DNA from: a virus
IMG/VR virus record: IMGVR_UViG_3300046787_000316
Coordinates: 32,001-96,000 of that record
Reading direction: 5' to 3' (one strand)
Length of the DNA: 64,000 nt
Under the pieces are notes generated by a model, which saw nothing but the letters and a program-made list of their open reading frames with translations, did not search any database and was not told the DNA's origin. The translations under genes were made by a program, and so were the position numbers. Positions within the stretch are counted from its first letter, which is position 1. Every line of letters starts with the position of its first letter. This document shows positions 56,194-64,000 of this stretch, piece after piece.

Positions 56194-57171
56194 TTATTGT
56201 ATATACATATATATATCGTTAATCCATTTTTGCTTATCTGTAAACTTTTGTAACCCTTTTTTCAATCTATCAAATTGTTTAGCATTTTTTTCAAATCCAT
56301 CTTCAATGATTTTAAGATATTGATAGTGGAATTGTTTTTTATTCATAGCTCTATAACGATACTTAATATCCTTCATCCAATCCGAATTAAGTATTGGTAA
56401 TTTACCATTATCAATCGCATCGAATATAGAATACCCAAATGGTTCTTTGGTATAGCATCCGTGAAATATTTGAAAATCTTTTTGAAAAAACTTATTATGG
56501 AATCTGTAATCAAATTCTATAAATCGATGAACATCCGCATTTATTTTACTACCTTCCAATAAACGTTTGTAATCATATTTGTTACTGAAAACGTATGATG
56601 GTATTCCATCCAAGTAATGTGCATTTTTACGAGTTTCACATCTCGCCGCATATCCAATGTAATTACTTGATATTTCAGCAAATGGTTTATTATACTTCCA
56701 TTCATAATAATTTGGAATTGTTATTGTTTTTGGAAAGTATGTATGAATCGTATCACTCTCATATCCTATCCATATAATATTTTTAGAATTATCCAAAATA
56801 TCTTTTTGCCAATGCCAATCCAATCGTGTCATTAGGTTTTCATACTCATCATTTAATCCTAACATATCAGGAATAAAAGCATGAACAAAAGTTGTATGAG
56901 TTTTATGAAGATACTTTTTAATTATAGGATTTGCTTTGTAAGAATGGTGTAGAAAAACTATCTTATCACACTCATCCAATATCCTATCTACTTCCCCATC
57001 GTTTTGGAAAGTGTAAATTGCATCTTTTTCTGACAATAAAGGTCTACCATCCACTATTATTTTATATGGTTCATCAACTAATGGTAAAACATTCTCCATA
57101 AAGTTATTACACCATATATCAGAACCTCCTACTACATTTTTTCCGTAACCCGTTGTTATGAATACTATCAT
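56194..57171 (-). CDS. GT-B (GT4-like) glycosyltransferase
   Basis: GGSDIW, GYAARCETRKN, EPFGYSIFD; paralog of 1162..2163. Confidence 0.7.
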   Translation of the reverse strand: MIVFITTGYGKNVVGGSDIWCNNFMENVLPLVDEPYKIIVDGRPLLSEKDAIYTFQNDGEVDRILDECDKIVFLHHSYKANPIIKKYLHKTHTTFVHAFIPDMLGLNDEYENLMTRLDWHWQKDILDNSKNIIWIGYESDTIHTYFPKTITIPNYYEWKYNKPFAEISSNYIGYAARCETRKNAHYLDGIPSYVFSNKYDYKRLLEGSKINADVHRFIEFDYRFHNKFFQKDFQIFHGCYTKEPFGYSIFDAIDNGKLPILNSDWMKDIKYRYRAMNKKQFHYQYLKIIEDGFEKNAKQFDRLKKGLQKFTDKQKWINDIYMYIQ

Positions 57172-57176
57172 ATAAA

Positions 57177-57905
57177 TTAATTATGCTCAAAATATATATT
57201 CATATCTAATTTTGAATCTACATATTCATTTAAAGTCGTATTTGTAGAATTACCATATAAACATTTCGGATGGTATGTTTCTATATATGAATCCAATGTA
57301 GTATCCGTAAAACAATATAAAGTAAATTCTTCTATTAATGTAGTTATATTTTCATCCTTTGCTAAATTTAATAATTGGGTAGATATATTACTATCTGATA
57401 TATAAATAAATCCAGCATTTGGTATCACCAATGTATCCATATAATCCCAACTAAATTTATTTAATAAATTAGATTGTAATTCAACCCAATCATCGGCTCT
57501 ATCATATATTGTTTCGTAATCTGATTTGTTATATGAATATATTGGCGCTAATAAATCTTTACCATCTATTTGATTAAAAAATACATCATCCAAATCCTTC
57601 ACTAAATTACAATCCCAATCTAAAAATAATATTTTAGAATAGGTTTTCATAGAAGTATCTATACCAATCAACTTATGTATGAAGTGGTATTTTGGGTGTG
57701 TAAACTTATAATCTAACGAATTTTTACTCATCAATTTTGTTTCATATCCTAAAGATTTTAAAGCATCTCTATTTTCTACTCCCCACACATATACGATTTC
57801 ATTATATTGTGGTGTAGTTGGTATATTTGAAATATCAAAATTTCCAAAAACAACCCTTACAACCTTGACATCTCTTGTATCTTGAAATGAAATTATTTTA
57901 TCCAT
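57177..57905 (-). CDS. Putative GT-A glycosyltransferase
   Basis: ILFLDWDC DxD motif, PNAGFIYI. Confidence 0.5.
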   Translation of the reverse strand: MDKIISFQDTRDVKVVRVVFGNFDISNIPTTPQYNEIVYVWGVENRDALKSLGYETKLMSKNSLDYKFTHPKYHFIHKLIGIDTSMKTYSKILFLDWDCNLVKDLDDVFFNQIDGKDLLAPIYSYNKSDYETIYDRADDWVELQSNLLNKFSWDYMDTLVIPNAGFIYISDSNISTQLLNLAKDENITTLIEEFTLYCFTDTTLDSYIETYHPKCLYGNSTNTTLNEYVDSKLDMNIYFEHN

Positions 57906-57911
57906 ATTATT

Positions 57912-60900
57912 TTATTTTTGTATTTGTTCTTCTAATTCCAATACCCTATCTTCTAATAATTCTACCTTTGATGCCATTTCTCGCATAGCAGCTGTAATCA
58001 ATGCGATAATTGCGTTATATTCCACCGTCAATAGATTTTCATATTCAACCGAACCTTTCACAACTTTAACTAACTCCGGAAAATATTTTTGAATATCTTG
58101 TGCAATAAATCCGTATGAATATCCTTTATCGGTTAAAGGCGCAGTTGCATCATTCCATAAAAATGATTTTGGATTTAATTGAGATAATTTCACCATTGGT
58201 GAATCGATTTCTCTAATATCTGTTTTTAATCTCTCATCGGATGTGGAATTAAATGCAGCCGCTTGAATAGAACCGGCTACCTTTACATCTCCAGTAAACG
58301 TTCCAGCTAATCCTGCCCCTGCTGCGGCTCCAATCGCAGTTAAACCACCGGCCGATGAAATTTGGATACCATTTAATCCTATTTCTAATTTTTGAGATAA
58401 TTGTAATGCATTTATTGTAAAAGTCTGAGCGGGTAATGTATATTGATTTACACTTAAACTCCATGCGGGAACACTACTACTAAATGTATATGCAATTGCC
58501 GCACTTGTAATAGACCAAGATATAGCTGTTCCAACTCTGTATTGATACGATGTATTCAATCCACCAAATGCAGCAGCGGTTACCCCACCACTATATCCAG
58601 TAGAAACTGCCCCTGCCATTGTTCCATTGATATACTCATAATATATCTGTTTAGATTGAGTATCCACAGTTTCCCAGCCGCCATTTATAAATCGTTGTAA
58701 CGAAATTGAAATACTAGCGGTGAATACGAAAGTAGAATATTGATAATTTGGTATAGATGATACATTTGATGAAAATGCCGTTCCAATTCCACTTCTTGAA
58801 TTTGGTTGTCCCACCGAAGAACCCTGATAAGTCACCGATATGGTCAATGCATCTTGTGATATACCAAATTGATTGGAATACCCAACTCCAGATGTACGTG
58901 TACGGCTATGACTACCATAATAATTCCAAGTTGTGCCACCCGTTGAACTTAAAGTCTGGTCAGCTCCTTCTACATTTGTCGATGTTGATGTAGCAATTGA
59001 ACTCTGAACCAAATTATCTTTTGTAATTCGAATTCTTTCGGTAGAACCATCGGTTAATGAAATAATACCCGTATTATATAATATAGTTTGGTTGTTATTT
59101 GATTTTATACTACTACCATCGATTGACCAACCACCAACACTACCTGCCGTTTTAGCAGAACCATTATCTTGATATCCAGCATTGTTAGCTAATGATGTTA
59201 TATTTGCTCCAGGTTGAAGTGCCGCATTAGCATTACTTGCAATTGTAGCAATTGTGCTAGCTCCAATTACGGCATTACCACCAATTGTTAAAGTTGCACC
59301 ATCCCAAGTTATACCTTTTGTAGAACCATCTCCGATTGAAAACTTATAATTTGAACCACTATACCCCAAAAAGAACCCCGTTCCAGTATTATAATCGCTC
59401 TGCCCTCCTCTAATGAAACCACCGCCACTCATAGCTATACCACCACTTGCAATAGTAATAGAAGCTTCTATACCAACTTTAGCTTGATTTTGAGCTGAAT
59501 AGTTTTGGACATTTCCTAATCCAACATCGTTGCCGGTCAAACTGAATCCACTCAATGTAAGAGATGTTGCCGTAATTGCTCCCGTAATATTTGCATTGGT
59601 TGCGGTTAATACTCCGGCGGGTGTTACTCTAAATGGAGCAGATGCAAATGTTGCATTTCCTAAAGAAATTCCATCCGTAGTTGCTTTGAAAATATTATTT
59701 CCACTACCAATTGATATCGTTCCACCACTAATAGTTCCACCACTAATAGTTCCACCACTAATGGTAGCAGTCGATGTTATGTTTCCACTAAAATTTCCCG
59801 CATTAGCATTTATAGTTCCATTAACAGTCAATGAAGTTCCATCAAATATTAATTTATCTTTTAATGAGAAATTACCATTACTATCCAAATACACGCCGGT
59901 GTTTGTATTATTAAATGCCCCCGTTCCAATATAAATTTTACGAATAGATGTTCTTGCATCTAAATTTATAGTTGAAGATGTATTATCTCCGACTGTAAAT
60001 AACTCTTTTATATAACCCTGCTGTCCACCAATGGCAGGTGAATATATTACATTATCCCCAATGAATGAACCACTATATTGTCCGTTTGCTAAATTTTTAA
60101 CTTGTGCAAATGATGATGATAGAATTATTGCATTGGAGGAACTTACGGATGCACTTAAAGATGTAATTGAAGAACTAACCGATGAACTTAGAGATGTAAT
60201 ACTACCACTAACACTACCACTCAACGTTGTAATACTACCACTTGCCGATGAACTATACACAGTCATCGTTCCACTAATAGATGAAGAAACTGCTGCCAAC
60301 TCAGCCGCCGATGCGGATGCGGATGCACTTATAAATGTTAAAGTTCCACCAATATTATTATTACCTCCAGTGAAAAGTGCGCTTTGTGTCACTAATACCG
60401 GAACGTAATTATTGTTTACATCATAGAACTCAAATTTAAAATTATAAGTTTCATTCCCAACCACAGTTGGCATAGATGTTACAAACGAAATCTCCGATGG
60501 AGAGAAAGCAGTATCTTCTGTTAACTTTAATGATAGATTTCCAATATGCCATTCACTTTGTGATTGAGAAAGATATAAACTAGCCGTTGGTTCTGCTAAT
60601 GGTAATGTAAACTGAAATACGCTATCTTTTAAATTCTTAGTCGGTGCAATTCCAGTCAATGTTCCAACCAATACTTCCCCATTGTTAGAACCACTCACAT
60701 ATATTCCCATATTACTTGGATTCGATGCCGAATAAAAAGCATCTACTCCAAACTCATATACACTATTTTCTGATAAATTTAGAGATGATGAATATGTAAA
60801 ATACCCACTACCATTTAATTTAACACCATTATCCACTCTACTTGAAGTCAATTGAGTTGTTAGAGTTGGATATGACCATAGTTTTTCTAAAACTTCCGAA

Positions 60901-61679
60901 GTCATTAACCCTGCTTCACCAACCACACTTCCGGTTAACTCATAAGAAGTTAATAACTCCTTTGATTCAACTAAAATATCTTGAATCATATCATAATCAG
61001 AAATATCACCTTCCGATGTTCTGTAAACTTTAATACGTTTAACATCTCCGGCAAATGTATCCAATTTAGAAAGTGTAACATTAGCAAACGATGAAACTAT
61101 ATTTGATTCTATCTTAGAACCGCTTACAATTGTATATATGGGTGAAAGTGTTTCGGAAATACTAGCCGTAGGTCTTTTATAAAAACGTATTTTGGTTGTA
61201 TTTGGTAATTTTGGATTTACCGTTACTTGCTTTTGCCATTTTACATTATAAGTTCCTTGCCAATTTGATGGAACGGGAATTAATACACCGGCATCATTAT
61301 AATAATCACTTAATTCTCCCAATATAGTAATAGTAGCGGGACCAAATGATGTATCCGGGTAAATATGAACAGCTATCACTTTTGATACCCCCTCATAATA
61401 TTCGGTTACAACCGATTCACCCGCTACCGATGAAGAAACTATACCCTCACCTGGTTCGTAGTATATAGTATTACCTTGCGAATCTTTAATTTCAATTTTA
61501 ATTAAGGTATCGGCTACCAATTGTTCTGAACCTTGAATTAAAAATGCGTTCTTTCCACCCGTAAATGTATCGGATAATTCAGTTATTTTAAAATACTTAC
61601 TAAACGGGTCAGTATCCGTTACAAATGTATTATATTTATCTAAATTTTCAGTAAATAGAGTTTTTTGTGTTACAGCCAT
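57912..61679 (-). CDS. Large tail/baseplate-attached fibre protein with S74 chaperone
   Basis: S/G-rich beta repeats, GSVGGWSI and GFFLGY fibre motifs, STSDERLKTDI...GFIAQDI...VEYNAII. Confidence 0.75.
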   Translation of the reverse strand: MAVTQKTLFTENLDKYNTFVTDTDPFSKYFKITELSDTFTGGKNAFLIQGSEQLVADTLIKIEIKDSQGNTIYYEPGEGIVSSSVAGESVVTEYYEGVSKVIAVHIYPDTSFGPATITILGELSDYYNDAGVLIPVPSNWQGTYNVKWQKQVTVNPKLPNTTKIRFYKRPTASISETLSPIYTIVSGSKIESNIVSSFANVTLSKLDTFAGDVKRIKVYRTSEGDISDYDMIQDILVESKELLTSYELTGSVVGEAGLMTSEVLEKLWSYPTLTTQLTSSRVDNGVKLNGSGYFTYSSSLNLSENSVYEFGVDAFYSASNPSNMGIYVSGSNNGEVLVGTLTGIAPTKNLKDSVFQFTLPLAEPTASLYLSQSQSEWHIGNLSLKLTEDTAFSPSEISFVTSMPTVVGNETYNFKFEFYDVNNNYVPVLVTQSALFTGGNNNIGGTLTFISASASASAAELAAVSSSISGTMTVYSSSASGSITTLSGSVSGSITSLSSSVSSSITSLSASVSSSNAIILSSSFAQVKNLANGQYSGSFIGDNVIYSPAIGGQQGYIKELFTVGDNTSSTINLDARTSIRKIYIGTGAFNNTNTGVYLDSNGNFSLKDKLIFDGTSLTVNGTINANAGNFSGNITSTATISGGTISGGTISGGTISIGSGNNIFKATTDGISLGNATFASAPFRVTPAGVLTATNANITGAITATSLTLSGFSLTGNDVGLGNVQNYSAQNQAKVGIEASITIASGGIAMSGGGFIRGGQSDYNTGTGFFLGYSGSNYKFSIGDGSTKGITWDGATLTIGGNAVIGASTIATIASNANAALQPGANITSLANNAGYQDNGSAKTAGSVGGWSIDGSSIKSNNNQTILYNTGIISLTDGSTERIRITKDNLVQSSIATSTSTNVEGADQTLSSTGGTTWNYYGSHSRTRTSGVGYSNQFGISQDALTISVTYQGSSVGQPNSRSGIGTAFSSNVSSIPNYQYSTFVFTASISISLQRFINGGWETVDTQSKQIYYEYINGTMAGAVSTGYSGGVTAAAFGGLNTSYQYRVGTAISWSITSAAIAYTFSSSVPAWSLSVNQYTLPAQTFTINALQLSQKLEIGLNGIQISSAGGLTAIGAAAGAGLAGTFTGDVKVAGSIQAAAFNSTSDERLKTDIREIDSPMVKLSQLNPKSFLWNDATAPLTDKGYSYGFIAQDIQKYFPELVKVVKGSVEYENLLTVEYNAIIALITAAMREMASKVELLEDRVLELEEQIQK
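59719..59763 (-). repeat. 15-bp tandem repeat x3 encoding ISGGT
   Basis: gttccaccactaata three times (last copy with one mismatch). Confidence 0.85.
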
Positions 61680-61724
61680 CGATTATTCTTTTAGATAAAT
61701 ATTCTTAAAAAAATAAACTAACCA

Positions 61725-61732
61725 TATTTATA
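61725..61732 (+). promoter_or_regulatory. TATTTATA upstream motif on plus strand
   Basis: 49 nt before the plus-strand ATG 61782; orientation flips with the gene. Confidence 0.5.
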
Positions 61733-61737
61733 TATAG

Positions 61738-61775
61738 AAAACTAATGAATACTTTATAAAACTAAAGAAAACTAA
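61738..61775. repeat. Three AAAACTAA direct repeats in 10-bp phase (operator candidate)
   Basis: Copies at 61738, 61758 and 61768, immediately upstream of the plus-strand RHH-like gene. Confidence 0.6.
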
Positions 61776-61781
61776 ATAGTT

Positions 61782-61961
61782 ATGAAATACGCAATGTTAC
61801 AGATTAAAAAAGAAACCCACGAACTTCTCAAAGGATATTGCGAAGAACATGGGTTTAAAATGGGAAGTTTAGTTGAAAACTTAATTAAGAAACACGTTGG
61901 TGTTCCCAAGCCTCAATCAAATGTGTTGAAGGTTGATAAGGTTAGAAATCAATCTTACTAA
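61782..61961 (+). CDS. Ribbon-helix-helix-like DNA-binding protein (not in ORF track)
   Basis: MKYAMLQIKKETHELLKGYCEEHGFKMGSLVENLIKKHVG...: beta-strand with alternating hydrophobics then two helices; the only convincing plus-strand gene. Confidence 0.7.
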   Translation: MKYAMLQIKKETHELLKGYCEEHGFKMGSLVENLIKKHVGVPKPQSNVLKVDKVRNQSY

Positions 61962-64000
61962 ATCCATTCTCTTTTTTAATTTCAATTAATCCATCTACTA
62001 TATCTCGCATTTGTTCTAAGTGAGAAATCATCCAAATGAAATCAAATTGAGTTTTTAAATACTGCATCATCATAAATAAAGATGATAGGTTATCACTATC
62101 TAATGTTCCAAACCCTTCATCAATTACTAAGAAGTTTGGACGAGGTAAGTTACATACATTAATAAGAGCAACTCTAATTGCCAATCCACTTACGAATTTC
62201 TCCATACCACTACACATTTCTAATGGCCATTCCTGGTCATCATAAACTATTTTGGCGTTAATTGATTTACCATCCACATCCATCACAATTCCAAAATCAA
62301 CAACTTGTCCTAAAATATTATTTACTTCATTTTCGATAACCGGCAATGCTTTGGAAATCAACTCATAAGGAATACCATCTCTCTTCACCGCATCTAAATA
62401 ATAGGTGTATAGGCGGTTCTTTTCCTCTAAATCCTTAACTTCTTCCATCTGTAACTTTATCCTCTCTATAAACGAAGATATGGAAGAAATAGAGCCATTC
62501 ACTCCTGCTATCTCTTTAGTGATTTTTTTAATCTCACTTTCTATTTCACCTTTGGTTTTTTGTAATCCTACGATTATGCTATTGATTTGAGTATTACGTT
62601 TGATTGTTTCCTCATTATCGTGATATTTTTGAATATTAGCTTTAATAGTATCTAATTGATGTTGTAATAACTCCTCCTTAGTATCAAACCCACTCATTTC
62701 AGCAACGGCAGTTTGTAACTTAGAACTAACATTAGTTACATCGGATTTCAATCTATTCCACTCAATCCATTGAGATTCTACATCTTTAAGTTTTTCAATT
62801 TTAGAAATTAAATTACCTAAATTAGATTGCAATTCATCCAATTGAATTAACTGATGGCTAACTATATTTTTAGTTTCTTGTGCATCTTTAACAAATACGT
62901 TATCACAACAAAACTTACAATTAGGGTCATACTCATGCTTTTCTAAATGCGAAAGTTTATCTGTATTAGCATCTAATGAAATCTTTAACTTATCAATCAA
63001 ATGAACTGATTGAGTATGCTCCGTATTTAACGTATTATAACTTTCATACACCAAATCAACCGATTCGCCATTAAATTCTTTAATTTCACCAATTCTTTCA
63101 TTTAACGAAATGATTGTATCCTTATATGATTGAATTTTTTCATTCTTATCTTTTTTCTCCGATAATATGTGTAAGATATCTCTACCAATAGAATTCTGTT
63201 GTTTAGTTAAACTATCTAAATCCAAATTACCATCCATAGGAGTAAGTTCTGCACTCAATCCAACAATACGATTGCTTAAATCGGTTACATCTTCATTTCT
63301 GTTTGCTAATGTTTTTTCTAAATCTTTTAAAACCGATTTATATGATTTCAATTCATTAGCTTTAGTAGCTAATTCCGTTGTGAAATCCGTTTTCTTAAAA
63401 TTCTTAATTAAAACACTCACTTCTTTAATATCATCGGTAGCAGTTTCATATAATTTATCAAAGATATTCAATCCCATAAATTGTGCTAACAAATCCTTAC
63501 GTTCTGATTGAGATTTATCAATGAATAATGCGTTATTACCTTGTAGAGATAATGCCGTTAATACAAAATCTTCATATTTACCAACATATTGTTCTATAAT
63601 AGTGTTCGTATCACGTCTTTCTGTTCCATTTAACGATGTTTTGGTATCGCCATCTTGTCTCCAAAATTGTACATCAACTTTAACATTCTTTCCTTTGTTA
63701 ATTGTTTTGGCAGTTCTCTCAATATGATAATCTAACCCATCGATTTGAAAATGTAAATGACAAGAGAAATCCGTTTTACGATTATTTAAAATATTAGCCG
63801 CTTTATAAGCTCTACTGCTCTTATCGTATAAACAAAAAGATACTGCATCAAATAATGATGATTTACCTGCGGCATTTGGTGCAAATAATCCAACCAATCC
63901 ACCTAATTTGGTAAAATCAATTTTATTATCCTCACCATAACTAAACATATTAGAAAACTCAAAACGTATTGGTTTCCATTGTATGTTACGTTGTACATCA
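61942..64000 (-). CDS. gp46: SbcC/Rad50/T4 gp46-like SMC ATPase, 5'-truncated by window
   Basis: Walker A APNAAGKSS, zinc-hook CKFC, signature CSGMEK, Walker B VIDEGFGTLD; frame open to the window edge (DVQRNIQWKPIRFEFSNMFSY). Confidence 0.9.
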   Translation of the reverse strand, partial: DVQRNIQWKPIRFEFSNMFSYGEDNKIDFTKLGGLVGLFAPNAAGKSSLFDAVSFCLYDKSSRAYKAANILNNRKTDFSCHLHFQIDGLDYHIERTAKTINKGKNVKVDVQFWRQDGDTKTSLNGTERRDTNTIIEQYVGKYEDFVLTALSLQGNNALFIDKSQSERKDLLAQFMGLNIFDKLYETATDDIKEVSVLIKNFKKTDFTTELATKANELKSYKSVLKDLEKTLANRNEDVTDLSNRIVGLSAELTPMDGNLDLDSLTKQQNSIGRDILHILSEKKDKNEKIQSYKDTIISLNERIGEIKEFNGESVDLVYESYNTLNTEHTQSVHLIDKLKISLDANTDKLSHLEKHEYDPNCKFCCDNVFVKDAQETKNIVSHQLIQLDELQSNLGNLISKIEKLKDVESQWIEWNRLKSDVTNVSSKLQTAVAEMSGFDTKEELLQHQLDTIKANIQKYHDNEETIKRNTQINSIIVGLQKTKGEIESEIKKITKEIAGVNGSISSISSFIERIKLQMEEVKDLEEKNRLYTYYLDAVKRDGIPYELISKALPVIENEVNNILGQVVDFGIVMDVDGKSINAKIVYDDQEWPLEMCSGMEKFVSGLAIRVALINVCNLPRPNFLVIDEGFGTLDSDNLSSLFMMMQYLKTQFDFIWMISHLEQMRDIVDGLIEIKKENGFSKIDF

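Noticed and set aside
36684-57905. DNA hypermodification cluster
   Set aside because: No thymidylate-synthase-like hydroxymethylase, TET/JBP-type oxygenase or nucleotide kinase recognised; not excluded, but unsupported here.
1290-63727. Plus-strand and nested ORFs in the track (e.g. 4823, 7879, 9721, 10180, 13875, 21828, 33416, 59530)
   Set aside because: They lie antisense to or within long motif-bearing genes, mirror their codon bias and have no recognisable motifs or start context.
1-64000. Stop-codon reassignment, tRNAs, CRISPR arrays, transposases
   Set aside because: Long ORFs translate cleanly with TAA, TAG and TGA all used as stops; no cloverleaf, spacer-repeat array or transposase motif noticed by eye.

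Overview
AT-rich segment of a large tailed dsDNA phage with T4-like head genes; no rRNA, tRNA, CRISPR or transposase is visible. Nearly all genes are on the minus strand and the standard genetic code fits. Read in transcription direction (right to left): an SbcC/gp46-like ATPase cut by the window edge; one plus-strand ribbon-helix-helix-like gene; a 1255-aa fibre protein; a ~21-kb glycan synthesis/modification island (36.7-57.9 kb: several glycosyltransferase types, three SDR epimerases, RmlC, a split TPP-dependent E1 alpha/beta pair, methyltransferases, three SGNH-like proteins, a 2OG-Fe(II) oxygenase, a radical SAM enzyme); a 1390-aa multi-enzyme protein that looks like a capsid-packaged polyprotein; terminase, portal, prohead protease, scaffold, major capsid and neck/tail-completion genes; and an array of Ser/Gly/Thr-rich fibre paralogs ending in a Hint-domain protein. 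Three TTTG-N20-TAnnTTT(G/A) promoters point to a Bacteroidota host (inference). Best leads: the HxGH-transferase/zincin/ligase polyprotein with shared capsid-targeting-like leaders, the glycan island (lectin-inserted GT7s, possible branched-sugar synthesis), an A11/A_AAA_AAG frameshift junction in the head cluster, and a recurrent upstream motif that is the reverse complement of the T4 late promoter. All family calls are by motif recognition; no searches were run.
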